Part shown: positions 18,206 through 29,638 of the stretch, in pieces | Layout: every line of letters begins with the position of its first letter | How positions within the stretch are numbered: the first letter of the stretch is position 1 | NCBI GenBank assembly: GCA_963662545.2 | Contig: CAXXLL010000002.1 | Coordinates: 256,001-320,000, forward strand | DNA length: 64,000 nt | Source: Gammaproteobacteria bacterium | GTDB taxonomy: Bacteria > Pseudomonadota > Gammaproteobacteria > Ga0077536 | Direction: 5' to 3' | The notes under the pieces: model-generated | The model's input: only the letters and a program-made list of their open reading frames with translations | Told to the model about the DNA's origin: nothing | Databases searched by the model: none | Position numbers and translations under genes: made by a program

Positions 18206-20146
18206 ATGGCCCCCGCTGATCATTCACATGGCGCGGCACACGCTCGCCATAGAAATCCCGGCCGACGGATTGCGCAAGCACTGGCATGGGTGTCGGCGCT
18301 GGCGATCGCGGGCCTCGTCGCTCTGATAAACAGCGACATCGTCAGCCGCACGCTGTTCGATGTACCCATTCGCGGGGTCACCGAAATCGTGTCGATTTCG
18401 ATCCCCTCACTCGTATTCCTGGCGGTCGCGGAGCTCTATGCCGCCGGCGGTCTGATTCGCGCGGGGATTCTGTCCCGCTGGTTCGATCCCCGGTCACACG
18501 TCTTTGGAGCGGCGCTCGAAACCGTTTTTCACGTGATCGCCGCGGTGCTGGTCTCGAGCTTATTCATTGCCACCTGGCCCAATTTCGTGCGCGCCTGGCG
18601 GACCGACGAATTTCTGGGCGTCGAAGGCGATTTCACGGCGCCGGTATGGCCCGCCAAGCTCGCGATCCTGACCGGCACGCTGCTGGTTGCGGGGTTCTCG
18701 CTGACGGCGGGCTTGCGCATGGCACGGGCGACCTTCGAACGCCTATGGAAAGCTGCCAGGCCAGGGCGTGATGTCTTGATTTGGAGTGCCGCCTGCCTGG
18801 CGATCCTGCTCATTCCCACTCTCTATTTCGCAATCGACACGCGCGTCGCCGCGGGCGGATTGTCGATCGCTGTCATGTTCGTCCTGCTCTACGCCGGCTT
18901 GCCCGTCGCTTTCGCTCTGATGAGCGCGGCGGCACTCGGCATCGCCTCCATCACGGGCAGTGCGATGATCGCCGTCGACACCCTCGGCCTCGCGGCCGCC
19001 GGCGCCGTCTCGTCGTACGTTTTTGCGGCGGTGCCCTTGTTCGTTGCGATGGGGCTGATCGTGGGGGCGGCCGATATCGGACGCGACAGCCTGCAGTCCG
19101 CGCACTGGTTCCTGCGCAGGCTCAAGGGCGGTCTCGGCGTCGCCACGGTGGCAGCCAACGCTGTGTTCGCCGCGATCACCGGGATTTCAATCGCTTCGGC
19201 CGCGATCTTCAGCAAGGTCGCGGTGCCCCCTCTGATTGAAAACGGATTTACAGCGCGTTTTGCCGTCGGCCTGGTCGCCGGATCTTCGGTGCTCGGCATG
19301 CTGATCCCGCCGAGCCTGCTCCTCATCATCTACGGTCTGGTCGCCGAGGTGTCCATCAATGCCCTTTTCATCGCCGCGATCATCCCGGGCTTACTGCTGG
19401 CGAGTGTCTTTTCCCTCGCGGTCGTTGCCGTGGCATGGCTCCGACCGGCCTTTGCTGTTTCCACGCGGACGATGACCGCACCGGGTACCACCATTAATGC
19501 AGCGGTCGCGGTGCGCAAAGCCATTCCGGTTGTCGTGTTGATCGGGATCGTTCTCGGCGGTATTTACGGCGGCATCTTCACCCCGACCGAGGCGGGCGCC
19601 GTGGGTTCGCTGTTTGCGTTCATCATCGCGCTCGTCATGCGCCGGCTCACTTTTAGACGCCTGTGCGGGCTGTTCTACGAAGCCGCCCAGACGTCCGCAT
19701 CTATTCTGTTCTTGATCGTGTCGGCATCGGTTTTCGGCATGATGATGACCTTGTCCGGCATTCCGGGCCACCTGGGTGCGGCGGCGGCCGAGGCGGGACT
19801 CGGCCTGAGCGCTTACGCCATCGGCTACCTGGCCGTTCTCATCGTGCTCGGCATGGTGCTCGATTCGACGTCCATATTGCTCATCATGGTGCCGCTCGCG
19901 GTACCGGCGGTGACAGCGCTGGGCGGTGATTTGATCTGGTTCGGTATCATCACCGTCATCGGCGTCGAAATCGGCCTGTTGACCCCGCCGCTTGGGCTGA
20001 GCGTGTTCGCGATCAAATCATCGCTGGATGACCCGTCGATTTCGCTCAACGACATCTTCATCGGCGCGATACCGTTCACGCTGATGATGCTGGCCGTGAC
20101 CCTGTGCCTGATTGCAATGCCGGGCTTGAGCCTGGTACTTCTTTAG
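18206..20146 (+). CDS. Fused TRAP permease DctQ-DctM
   Basis: N-terminal 4-TM DctQ-like part; LGMLIPPS, FTPTEAGAVG, GLLTPPLG. Confidence 0.88.
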   Translation: MAPADHSHGAAHARHRNPGRRIAQALAWVSALAIAGLVALINSDIVSRTLFDVPIRGVTEIVSISIPSLVFLAVAELYAAGGLIRAGILSRWFDPRSHVFGAALETVFHVIAAVLVSSLFIATWPNFVRAWRTDEFLGVEGDFTAPVWPAKLAILTGTLLVAGFSLTAGLRMARATFERLWKAARPGRDVLIWSAACLAILLIPTLYFAIDTRVAAGGLSIAVMFVLLYAGLPVAFALMSAAALGIASITGSAMIAVDTLGLAAAGAVSSYVFAAVPLFVAMGLIVGAADIGRDSLQSAHWFLRRLKGGLGVATVAANAVFAAITGISIASAAIFSKVAVPPLIENGFTARFAVGLVAGSSVLGMLIPPSLLLIIYGLVAEVSINALFIAAIIPGLLLASVFSLAVVAVAWLRPAFAVSTRTMTAPGTTINAAVAVRKAIPVVVLIGIVLGGIYGGIFTPTEAGAVGSLFAFIIALVMRRLTFRRLCGLFYEAAQTSASILFLIVSASVFGMMMTLSGIPGHLGAAAAEAGLGLSAYAIGYLAVLIVLGMVLDSTSILLIMVPLAVPAVTALGGDLIWFGIITVIGVEIGLLTPPLGLSVFAIKSSLDDPSISLNDIFIGAIPFTLMMLAVTLCLIAMPGLSLVLL

Positions 20147-20181
20147 GCGCCGAATCTTCCGCTGGGATCGATCATTATTGC

Positions 20182-20823
20182 TTACGCGCCCGGAATGACC
20201 TCGCCATAGGTGTCCAGATACGCGATTTCATCGAGCGGTTTTCGGTAAAGCTTCTTTGGAAAGGGCTTGACCGGCCAGCCGAGCGTGATCATCGCGGTCG
20301 TCGCAATGTCGTCGGGTATCGAGAGAACGGCTTTCACTTCAGGTTCCACGATGCAGAGAATCGTAGTGAGTGCCGTGCCGAGACCTTCGTTACGCGCCGC
20401 GAGCATGAGGTTCTGTATGGCAGGGTAGATCGAGGAGCCGCCGGCAACGCTTAAGCGGCCCAGATTCGCGTCGACCGCGGTGATTTCGTTGACCGCCGCG
20501 CATACGACGATCATGACGGGCACCTCGGCCAGGTGCTTTGCGAAATAGTCCACCCGTTCCATGAAGCCGGGGCGGAATCCGGCGCGAATCTCTCCGGATT
20601 GGTACTTCTGCATGATGCCGTCCCACACCGGCTGGTAGAGGTCGTGAAGTTTGCGACGCTTGTCGGCGTCCTTTACGGCGAGGAAGGTCACGGGTTGCTT
20701 GTTCGACCCGCTCGGGGCCCAGCGCGCACCGTCCAACACCTTGAGCAACAGAGCGTCCGGCACCGGGTCGGGCTTGTAATTACGGCACGCGTGGGTGGTC
20801 CGCATCGCTTCGATGAGATCCAT
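20182..20823 (-). CDS. Nitroreductase family protein
   Basis: WAPSGSNKQP, IQNLMLAARNEGLG; GAGGA RBS before ATG 20823. Confidence 0.9.
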   Translation of the reverse strand: MDLIEAMRTTHACRNYKPDPVPDALLLKVLDGARWAPSGSNKQPVTFLAVKDADKRRKLHDLYQPVWDGIMQKYQSGEIRAGFRPGFMERVDYFAKHLAEVPVMIVVCAAVNEITAVDANLGRLSVAGGSSIYPAIQNLMLAARNEGLGTALTTILCIVEPEVKAVLSIPDDIATTAMITLGWPVKPFPKKLYRKPLDEIAYLDTYGEVIPGA

Positions 20824-21092
20824 GGCGGCTTCCTCAGTTTCTGACAACGGCGCGCAGTGTAGCAGTCCGCCATGGCTTAGCTAGTGTCCGTCCATAAACA
20901 GGCATTTTCTTCGATGGGCACGGAGAAATCGAGGTGTTGAAAGTAGGTTGTTGGAGCGGTAGCGGCGGTTCGGTGGGGGTCGAAGGGCTCTTCGAGCGTA
21001 ATTGTGAGTACGTTCGCCGGCCGCAGAGCGCTGCAACCCAAAGTCGCCCGTTCGACGATATCGAGGAGGTCAGTTAGTGCGAGTGAACGTCG

Positions 21093-22434
21093 CTATTCGA
21101 GTTGATAGCGCGCGAGCAGGCTGAGGTTGTAGGCGACCACAGAAGACCACACGTAGGCTTCGAAGTGCGGCAGGCTCTTCCAGGTGCAACGTGCCAATCC
21201 GTATGCACGCTTCAGGCAGGAGATACCGGCCTCGATGCCGGCGCGGAAGTTGCGCAAGCGTCGATAGACCCACTGACTCTTGACCATGTCGGCGATCGCG
21301 AGCCCGCGCTTCTTGTGGAAGGCAACGTCTTCGATGCCTTCTGCTTTCGCCGCCCGGAGATTGTCGAGGCTCGCATAGCCGCCATCGGCGGCGACCTGTC
21401 GTGGCATCGTCCCGTAGTGTGTTCGATGCCGTTCGAGCATCGGCATGAAGCGCTGACTATCGACCGGATTGCCTCGCTCGATGACCACGTCGAGGATGAG
21501 GCCACTGCGCCCCGAAGCCAGATTGATTTTGTGTCCGTACTGAACGTCGCGCGCACCCTTTATGATGATGTCGGTATGCGGCTCGAACAAGCTCACGCAC
21601 TTCTCGCTCGCGGGGACCTTCTCACCGCCGAACACCCGCCGCTCAGTTTGCGAAATCACCTGCAGAACAAGTGTTTCGTAGTGCGCTACCTGCGCTAGCC
21701 AGTCCGGCAGTTCAACGCCGGTGACGCCCGGGCTCAGCAGCTGCTCACGTACCCTCGCTACCGCTTCCAAGGTTGAACGCGTCGCCCCAATCAAATCGCG
21801 ATACAGACGTTGGCGTTGCTTCGCACCACGCGCATACCACAGCGCCCGCGCACGCTTCTTCGCCAATCGAGTGTGGTTCACGAAGCACAACTCCGGCGCG
21901 CCAGGCAACTCGCGCGCCTGTGCGAGCAGACGAACCACAACACGCACGCCATCCCACAGCAGATGACTGTCGCTCGGCGCGTGGATGGCACTGTCCGTTA
22001 CCGTGCTATCAATCCGTACACGCTGTGCCGGCTCAATGCGCGTCTCTTTCGCCGTCGCCAGCAGGGCGCGATGAATAGACTCCCACGTCGATACCTGGAT
22101 CGCCGAGACCACCCGCTGTAAGGCAGACTTCTTCGGACGTTCATTACCCGGCAACCGGGCGAAGGCCTGAAAGCTCGCCGAGTCCTGCAGGTGAAAGGCC
22201 AGCTCCTCGTAACTCAATTGCCGGTGCTGCTTGAGCACCGCGCAGCGCAGCACCGACTCCGCCGACAGTCCGCGTCGACCGGTGGGCTTCAAACCCCGCC
22301 GACACAGATCGTTCATGACCGGCGTGAGGACCTTGGGGTGAGCATCGAGCCACTCGGACATGCCCTGCAGCTCTCGCCCCAGGTCATGGTCAGCAAACAG
22401 CCGTACTCGCTTGGGCCGTGCGTTTCTGACGCAT
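21093..22434 (-). pseudogene. Transposase copy 1, frameshifted near the 5' end
   Basis: Matches copy 2 except for 5 nt missing near 22401. Confidence 0.75.
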
Positions 22435-22485
22435 TCCCCCTCCTGTGGTGTCGAGGAGGAAAATCAGGTTTGCGAGTGAACGTCG

Positions 22486-23832
22486 CTATTCGAGTTGATA
22501 GCGCGCGAGCAGGCTGAGGTTGTAGGCGACCACAGAAGACCACACGTAGGCTTCGAAGTGCGGCAGGCTCTTCCAGGTGCAACGTGCCAATCCGTATGCA
22601 CGCTTCAGGCAGGAGATACCGGCCTCGATGCCGGCGCGGAAGTTGCGCAAGCGTCGATAGACCCACTGACTCTTGACCATGTCGGCGATCGCGAGCCCGC
22701 GCTTCTTGTGGAAGGCAACGTCTTCGATGCCTTCTGCTTTCGCCGCCCGGAGATTGTCGAGGCTCGCATAGCCGCCATCGGCGGCGACCTGTCGTGGCAT
22801 CGTCCCGTAGTGTGTTCGATGCCGTTCGAGCATCGGCATGAAGCGCTGACTATCGACCGGATTGCCTCGCTCGATGACCACGTCGAGGATGAGGCCACTG
22901 CGCCCCGAAGCCAGATTGATTTTGTGTCCGTACTGAACGTCGCGCGCACCCTTTATGATGATGTCGGTATGCGGCTCGAACAAGCTCACGCACTTCTCGC
23001 TCGCGGGGACCTTCTCACCGCCGAACACCCGCCGCTCAGTTTGCGAAATCACCTGCAGAACAAGTGTTTCGTAGTGCGCTACCTGCGCTAGCCAGTCCGG
23101 CAGTTCAACGCCGGTGACGCCCGGGCTCAGCAGCTGCTCACGTACCCTCGCTACCGCTTCCAAGGTTGAACGCGTCGCCCCAATCAAATCGCGATACAGA
23201 CGTTGGCGTTGCTTCGCACCACGCGCATACCACAGCGCCCGCGCACGCTTCTTCGCCAATCGAGTGTGGTTCACGAAGCACAACTCCGGCGCGCCAGGCA
23301 ACTCGCGCGCCTGTGCGAGCAGACGAACCACAACACGCACGCCATCCCACAGCAGATGACTGTCGCTCGGCGCGTGGATGGCACTGTCCGTTACCGTGCT
23401 ATCAATCCGTACACGCTGTGCCGGCTCAATGCGCGTCTCTTTCGCCGTCGCCAGCAGGGCGCGATGAATAGACTCCCACGTCGATACCTGGATCGCCGAG
23501 ACCACCCGCTGTAAGGCAGACTTCTTCGGACGTTCATTACCCGGCAACCGGGCGAAGGCCTGAAAGCTCGCCGAGTCCTGCAGGTGAAAGGCCAGCTCCT
23601 CGTAACTCAATTGCCGGTGCTGCTTGAGCACCGCGCAGCGCAGCACCGACTCCGCCGACAGTCCGCGTCGACCGGTGGGCTTCAAACCCCGCCGACACAG
23701 ATCGTTCATGACCGGCGTGAGGACCTTGGGGTGAGCATCGAGCCACTCGGACATGCCCTGCAGCTCTCGCCCCAGGTCATGGTCAGCAAACAGCTCGTAT
23801 ATACTCGCTTGGGCCGTGCGTTTCTGACGCAT
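22486..23832 (-). CDS. DDE transposase (IS5-like/ISNCY), intact copy
   Basis: RIDST, YGHK, AADGGY, RAGIEAGISCLKR; GGAGG RBS. Confidence 0.9.
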   Translation of the reverse strand: MRQKRTAQASIYELFADHDLGRELQGMSEWLDAHPKVLTPVMNDLCRRGLKPTGRRGLSAESVLRCAVLKQHRQLSYEELAFHLQDSASFQAFARLPGNERPKKSALQRVVSAIQVSTWESIHRALLATAKETRIEPAQRVRIDSTVTDSAIHAPSDSHLLWDGVRVVVRLLAQARELPGAPELCFVNHTRLAKKRARALWYARGAKQRQRLYRDLIGATRSTLEAVARVREQLLSPGVTGVELPDWLAQVAHYETLVLQVISQTERRVFGGEKVPASEKCVSLFEPHTDIIIKGARDVQYGHKINLASGRSGLILDVVIERGNPVDSQRFMPMLERHRTHYGTMPRQVAADGGYASLDNLRAAKAEGIEDVAFHKKRGLAIADMVKSQWVYRRLRNFRAGIEAGISCLKRAYGLARCTWKSLPHFEAYVWSSVVAYNLSLLARYQLE

Positions 23833-23975
23833 TCCCCCTCCTGTGGTGTCGATGATTGTGTGGAAAATCAGAGGTTTGAAGTTCCATTAGATCACGACCC
23901 ACCGGAGGTTTGATCCCTTAAGCGACAAATTTTCCTTTTTATTTCAACCGCATCGCGTTTAGGGATGCACACTAG

Positions 23976-25676
23976 CTAGTGTCCGTCCATAAACAGGCAT
24001 TTTCTTCGATGGGCACGGAGAAATCGAGGTGTTGAAAGTAGGTTGTTGGAGCGGTAGCGGCGGTTCGGTGGGGGTCGAAGGGCTCTTCGAGCGTAATTGT
24101 GAGTACGTTCGCCGGCCGCAGAGCGCTGCAACCCAAAGTCGCCCGTTCGACGATATCGAGGAGGTCAGTTAGTGCGAGTGAACGTCGCTATTCGAGTTGA
24201 TAGCGCGCGAGCAGGCTGAGGTTGTAGGCGACCACAGAAGACCACACGTAGGCTTCGAAGTGCGGCAGGCTCTTCCAGGTGCAACGTGCCAATCCGTATG
24301 CACGCTTCAGGCAGGAGATACCGGCCTCGATGCCGGCGCGGAAGTTGCGCAAGCGTCGATAGACCCACTGACTCTTGACCATGTCGGCGATCGCGAGCCC
24401 GCGCTTCTTGGGAAGGCAACGTCTTCGATGCCTTCTGCTTTCGCCGCCCGGAGATTGTCGAGGCTCGCATAGCCGCCATCGGCGGCGACCTGTCGTGGCA
24501 TCGTCCCGTAGTGTGTTCGATGCCGTTCGAGCATCGGCATGAAGCGCTGACTATCGACCGGATTGCCTCGCTCGATGACCACGTCGAGGATGAGGCCACT
24601 GCGCCCCGAAGCCAGATTGATTTTGTGTCCGTACTGAACGTCGCGCGCACCCTTTATGATGATGTCGGTATGCGGCTCGAACAAGCTCACGCACTTCTCG
24701 CTCGCGGGGACCTTCTCACCGCCGAACACCCGCCGCTCAGTTTGCGAAATCACCTGCAGAACAAGTGTTTCGTAGTGCGCTACCTGCGCTAGCCAGTCCG
24801 GCAGTTCAACGCCGGTGACGCCCGGGCTCAGCAGCTGCTCACGTACCCTCGCTACCGCTTCCAAGGTTGAACGCGTCGCCCCAATCAAATCGCGATACAG
24901 ACGTTGGCGTGCTTCGCACCACGCGCATACCACAGCGCCCGCGCACGCTTCTTCGCCAATCGAGTGTGGTTCACGAAGCACAACTCCGGCGCGCCAGGCA
25001 ACTCGCGCGCCTGTGCGAGCAGACGAACCACAACACGCACGCCATCCCACAGCAGATGACTGTCGCTCGGCGCGTGGATGGCACTGTCCGTTACCGTGCT
25101 ATCAATCCGTACACGCTGTGCCGGCTCAATGCGCGTCTCTTTCGCCGTCGCCAGCAGGGCGCGATGAATAGACTCCCACGTCGATACCTGGATCGCCGAG
25201 ACCACCCGCTGTAAGGCAGACTTCTTCGGACGTTCATTACCCGGCAACCGGGCGAAGGCCTGAAAGCTCGCCGAGTCCTGCAGGTGAAAGGCCAGCTCCT
25301 CGTAACTCAATTGCCGGTGCTGCTTGAGCACCGCGCAGCGCAGCACCGACTCCGCCGACAGTCCGCGTCGACCGGTGGGCTTCAAACCCCGCCGACACAG
25401 ATCGTTCATGACCGGCGTGAGGACCTTGGGGTGAGCATCGAGCCACTCGGACATGCCCTGCAGCTCTCGCCCCAGGTCATGGTCAGCAAACAGCTCGTAT
25501 ATACTCGCTTGGGCCGTGCGTTTCTGACGCATTCCCCCTCCTGTGGTGTCGATGATTGTGTGGAAAATCAGAGGTTTGAAGTTCCATTAGATCACGACCT
25601 ACCGGAGGTTTCGATCCCTTAAGCGACAAATTTTCCTTTTTATTTCAACCGCATCGCGTTTAGGGATGCACACTAG
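23976..25676 (-). mobile_element. IS5-like/ISNCY element, full 1701-bp copy
   Basis: Both 19-bp IRs present; followed by TTAG at 25677-25680; abuts the previous element with no spacer. Confidence 0.88.
24188..25532 (-). pseudogene. Transposase copy 3 with two single-base deletions
   Basis: TTCTTGGGAAGG vs TTCTTGTGGAAGG (~24410) and GGCGTGCTTC vs GGCGTTGCTTC (~24910). Confidence 0.75.
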
Positions 25677-25707
25677 TTAGATTCCATTAGTCGCGCAGGA
25701 GCTTGCA

Positions 25708-26135
25708 ATGAATGTGGACATGACGGGCGGGTGTCTCTGCGGTGCGGTTCGTTATCGCTGCAAGGGTGATCCGTTGCGGCAGGGATTGTGTCAGTGCGAT
25801 CGGTGTCAGCGGCAGTCGGGATCAGCCTTTCTGATCGCCGTTATCTTCGAGCGGCACGCGGTCACCATCGAGCAGGGCGCGCTTCAGATCTTCGAGGCCC
25901 ATGCCGATGACGGGTCCGCGCTGTATCGACACTTCTGCCCGAACTGCGGATCGGCGGTGATGATTACCCTGGACCGTGATATCCTGAGATCCGTTCAATG
26001 ATGGGCGGCAGCCTGGATGATAAAAGTCGTCTCGCACCCGCGTTCAGCCTGTGGTGTTCTAGCGCGCAGCCGTGGTTGACACTGCCCGATGGTATCGAGC
26101 TTTTCCAGGGCTATCCGGATGGGCTGATCGCCTAG
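25708..26135 (+). pseudogene. GFA family protein, frameshifted at ~25978
   Basis: GGCLCG, CQCDRCQR, FCPNCGS; the C-terminus YPEIRSMMGGSLDD...AQPWLTLP continues in another frame to TAG 26135. Confidence 0.8.
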
Positions 26136-26147
26136 TGTAAGCCGTCG

Positions 26148-26801
26148 TCAGTGGCTGCCGCTGCTTTGAATCATGCATCCGTAATAGACCGCATCGGTCA
26201 GTGCGGCGCGGTGGCAGATGCGCACCGAGACCGCCACCGGGTCGTGCTGCTGCGGCATTTGGATTGCGAGCGCCAGCGATTGACGTTCGCGCAACAAGGC
26301 ATCGGTCTGTTCGTCGACGATGAAGCCGATGCCGCGTGTCGAGTGGTTGAGCACCTTAAGGTCGACTCGGGCTTCGCCGACCAAGGTCGCCGAAGCCGCG
26401 CTTTCGGGCTCCGATGCGGCCTCGCGTAGATCGGCGCGGCGGTTGAACACGCTGAAAAAATCACTGGTCGCGCGGTCCGACAAATCCGGCGTTTGTGTGA
26501 ACACCAGTGCGACGACGTGACGCGATGCCTTGATCGCGGAAAATATGATCCGCGCCGGAATGTCGGCGCAACCGTCGAGGCCGGGTGCCTGAACCGACGC
26601 CGTGACGTTTTCACCCGGTACGATGTTCAAAGTATTTGATCCTTCGAATTCGACCCGGGCGCCACTCAGATTGACGTCGATGACGGTGTCGGCGGTCACG
26701 CGCCGCCCGTCATGGATGATGCTGAGGATCGGCTCGAGGACCGGCGACGGTTCGAGCCGGTACCGTTCCCGACGATTGGAATCGATCGTGTTCTCTATCA
26801 T
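26148..26801 (-). CDS. Tandem PilZ-domain protein
   Basis: Two RxxxR plus D/N-x-S/N-xxG pairs: NRRERYR..DVNLSG and NRRADLR..NHSTRG; GAGGGG RBS. Confidence 0.72.
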   Translation of the reverse strand: MIENTIDSNRRERYRLEPSPVLEPILSIIHDGRRVTADTVIDVNLSGARVEFEGSNTLNIVPGENVTASVQAPGLDGCADIPARIIFSAIKASRHVVALVFTQTPDLSDRATSDFFSVFNRRADLREAASEPESAASATLVGEARVDLKVLNHSTRGIGFIVDEQTDALLRERQSLALAIQMPQQHDPVAVSVRICHRAALTDAVYYGCMIQSSGSH

Positions 26802-26881
26802 GGCCCCCTCCCGTGCGTGCGACTGTAACAGATCCGAACGGTCGGCAATGTGAATATTCGTTGACCGGCCGCGCCTGCCGC

Positions 26882-29638
26882 TCAATCGATCTGCATACGC
26901 ACCGAGTCCATTAAGCGCTGATGGGATTCGAGCAAGCGCGAGCCCAAGATATTGCTGATGTTTTGGTGCAGCCGCGCGGCGATACGCGGGTAAAAGCGTA
27001 GGCCCTTGCGGGTGCTTTCGGCTTCGAGCCGAACGACCGTCATCGGCTCTTTGGCGGTCACGGTGGCCGTGCGCTCGACGTTCTCCCCGGAGAATCCGAT
27101 CTCACCCACGATGCCGCCCGGGCCAATTTCATCGAGCGCCAGCGCGATGCCTTCGCGTTCGATCGAGATATCCGCACGCCCCTGCAATATCACGTACATG
27201 CCGCTCGATACCGTGCCCTGCTGGATCACGGTTTCGCCGGTGTCGTAATCCTGCATGTTCGACAGCACCACGACTTTCTTGACGTCGAACGGTGACATGC
27301 CGCTGAAGAGCGGGCAGTTGACGAGCACTTCGCGGTCGAGTTGCAGGGCAACGATGTCCCAGACCGTGGCCAGGCGTAGATGCCTGAGCAGGATCGGCAT
27401 GATGAGCAGATCGGCCACCGCGGCGTAGATCATCGTCGCGGCGGCGAGCAGGCCGAACTGCGCCACGATGCTGAAGTTCGACAGCGCCAGCACACCGAAG
27501 CCGAGCGCCAGCGCGATCGAGGTGGAGACGATCGGGACGGCTTCGCCGCGTATTGTCGCGCGCACGGCATCGCGTTCGTCGAGGTGCAGTTTGCTCTCCG
27601 TGCCGAAGCGCGTCATCAGATGAATGGTGTCGTCGACGGCAACCCCGATGGCAATGGCCGCGACCATCGCGGTACCCGGATTGAGCGGCACGCCGAGGTA
27701 GCCCATGAGACCGAAATTGAGCACGATCGGAATGAGGTTAGGCACCAACGCCAGCAGACCCGCGAGCCATGAGGTGTAAAGCACCGTGAACAGCACGAAG
27801 ATCATGAACAGGATCAGAAGCAGCGATGCGAACTGTCCTTTCATCAGGGATTCGGCGGCCCGGTTAACCATCAGATTCTTGCCGGTGATCGCGAATTCGA
27901 TGTCGGGCCCGAGTAGGGTCGGCAAGACTTCCAGCAACGCATCGACGGCGGCGTTCAAGCGCACCGAATCACTGACGTTGTGCCGCACGGAGATGCGCGC
28001 GGTCGAATAGTCCTCCGTGACGAAGCCCTCGAGATCCCCGCGGGTCAGGCTGGACAGATAGAGGTCGATATCCTCGGCTGATTCGGGGATCTTGTGGAAA
28101 TTGGTATCACCGGCATGGAATTCCTGGTGCATGAGGGACATCAGGGTCGCAAGCGACAGGGTCTTGTCGTAAAGGCCCTGGTGATCGATAAGACCTTGCA
28201 CCGCGTCGATCTTCTTCATCCCGGCGCTGGTTTCGAACAGTCGCGGTATCTTCGAGGTCATGGTGACACTGAAGACCTGCAAGCCGGCGAGTTCCTCGTG
28301 CACGGTGTTGGCGTCGCGTACGAAGGGATGATCATCGGGGAAGTAGGACAGCGGATCGTTATTGACGTAAATGTCGAACGCCTGGACACCGAACCAGAGC
28401 ATGACGGCGATCGTGGCGGCAATGACGACGACCGGCCCCCGTTCACTGGCGGTCTCGACGGCGCGAACGATGATGCCGATGATGCCGCCCGGCATGCCCG
28501 AGACACGCCTCAGGCGGTTCACGCGCGGCCCCAGCCAGTGCAGCATTAGCGGTACCGTCAAAACCGTGACGATGAGATTTGCGATCATGGCGAATGCGCT
28601 GGCCAGCGCGAATTCGAAGATCAAGGGGATCTCGGTGATGACGTTCGCAAAGAAGCCGATCGACGTGGTGAGGGCGGTGATGACGATGGGCAGGCCGACG
28701 TGCCTGGCCATATGCGCCACCGCGCGCCGACGCTGATCCTCCGGATCATCGTCGAGGCCTTCGAGGTAGGACGCGATCAGGTGTACGTCTTCGACCGAAC
28801 CGACGACGATGATGAGCGCCGGGATCATTGCGGTCAGAAGCGTTATCGGAATGCCCGCGGCGGCCATGAACCCGAGCGTCCATAACACGCTCAGACCCGA
28901 GGTGACGAGCGGGATCGGTATGACCCGCACGGACTTCAGAAAAAACGTGATGACCACTACGAGGATCAGCAGTGAGGCAGGGATCAATCGTTGCAGGTCC
29001 TTGAACAGGCCGCGGTCGATCTCGACATTCAGGCGCGGCCGTCCAAGCTGAAAAATGACGTGAAAATCGTCTTTGAGCGGCGCGACCCGTTCCTCGATCA
29101 GCCGGAAGATCTCGATCTCGTAATTCGGGTCTTCGGGCTTGCTTTTGTAGCCGAGGCTGATCGCCGTGGCGAGTCCGTCTTTGGAAATGAAATTTTCCCT
29201 GATGAGGGGGCTGTATTGGGCATCATCGCGATACCCCGGCAGTTTTTCCGGTGTTGCGGGGACCAGGATCATCAGGGGTCCCGCATCGACATAATCACCT
29301 TGGTCCCGGATGCTGGTGGCCGTGAGCAGGTCGCCTACAGAGGTGAATTCCGGCGTATTTTCAAAGGCGATCGTGACGGCCTGGAGCTGCTTGAGCCGCT
29401 CTACGGTCCAGAGGTCCTTGGCGCGCAGGTAGACGATGACGGACTGTTCGTCGCCAAAGTCGGTCTGCATCTGGTGGAACTGGTTCCAGCCCGGATCGTC
29501 GGCGCTGATGAGGCGGTCATCGCTGCGGTCGAGCTTGAGGTTCGGCAGCTGCATCCAGGCTGCGACAGAGACGGCAACCACTACCACGAGCGCACCGAAG
29601 CGCCCGCCTCCATCTAGAGTTAGAAGGCGATTGATCAC
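26882..29638 (-). CDS. MMPL/RND-family transporter with C-terminal cyclic-nucleotide-binding domain
   Basis: Two RND repeats (1 TM, periplasmic domain, 5 TM), GVAVDDTIHL; CNB domain PLFSG..VIQQG..MYVILQG..GEIG..RTAT. Confidence 0.88.
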   Translation of the reverse strand: MINRLLTLDGGGRFGALVVVVAVSVAAWMQLPNLKLDRSDDRLISADDPGWNQFHQMQTDFGDEQSVIVYLRAKDLWTVERLKQLQAVTIAFENTPEFTSVGDLLTATSIRDQGDYVDAGPLMILVPATPEKLPGYRDDAQYSPLIRENFISKDGLATAISLGYKSKPEDPNYEIEIFRLIEERVAPLKDDFHVIFQLGRPRLNVEIDRGLFKDLQRLIPASLLILVVVITFFLKSVRVIPIPLVTSGLSVLWTLGFMAAAGIPITLLTAMIPALIIVVGSVEDVHLIASYLEGLDDDPEDQRRRAVAHMARHVGLPIVITALTTSIGFFANVITEIPLIFEFALASAFAMIANLIVTVLTVPLMLHWLGPRVNRLRRVSGMPGGIIGIIVRAVETASERGPVVVIAATIAVMLWFGVQAFDIYVNNDPLSYFPDDHPFVRDANTVHEELAGLQVFSVTMTSKIPRLFETSAGMKKIDAVQGLIDHQGLYDKTLSLATLMSLMHQEFHAGDTNFHKIPESAEDIDLYLSSLTRGDLEGFVTEDYSTARISVRHNVSDSVRLNAAVDALLEVLPTLLGPDIEFAITGKNLMVNRAAESLMKGQFASLLLILFMIFVLFTVLYTSWLAGLLALVPNLIPIVLNFGLMGYLGVPLNPGTAMVAAIAIGVAVDDTIHLMTRFGTESKLHLDERDAVRATIRGEAVPIVSTSIALALGFGVLALSNFSIVAQFGLLAAATMIYAAVADLLIMPILLRHLRLATVWDIVALQLDREVLVNCPLFSGMSPFDVKKVVVLSNMQDYDTGETVIQQGTVSSGMYVILQGRADISIEREGIALALDEIGPGGIVGEIGFSGENVERTATVTAKEPMTVVRLEAESTRKGLRFYPRIAARLHQNISNILGSRLLESHQRLMDSVRMQID

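Larger units (their letters stand above)
20881..23975 (-). mobile_element. IS5-like/ISNCY element with an internal ~1.39-kb duplication (two transposase copies between one IR pair)
   Basis: IRs CTAGTGTCCGTCCATAAAC / CTAGTGTGCATCCCTAAAC; sequence repeats at a 1393-bp offset; TTAG at 20877-20880. Confidence 0.8.

Noticed and set aside
26132-26138. CTAGTGT resembling the IS end
   Set aside because: Only 7 bp match, with no partner IR or target duplication
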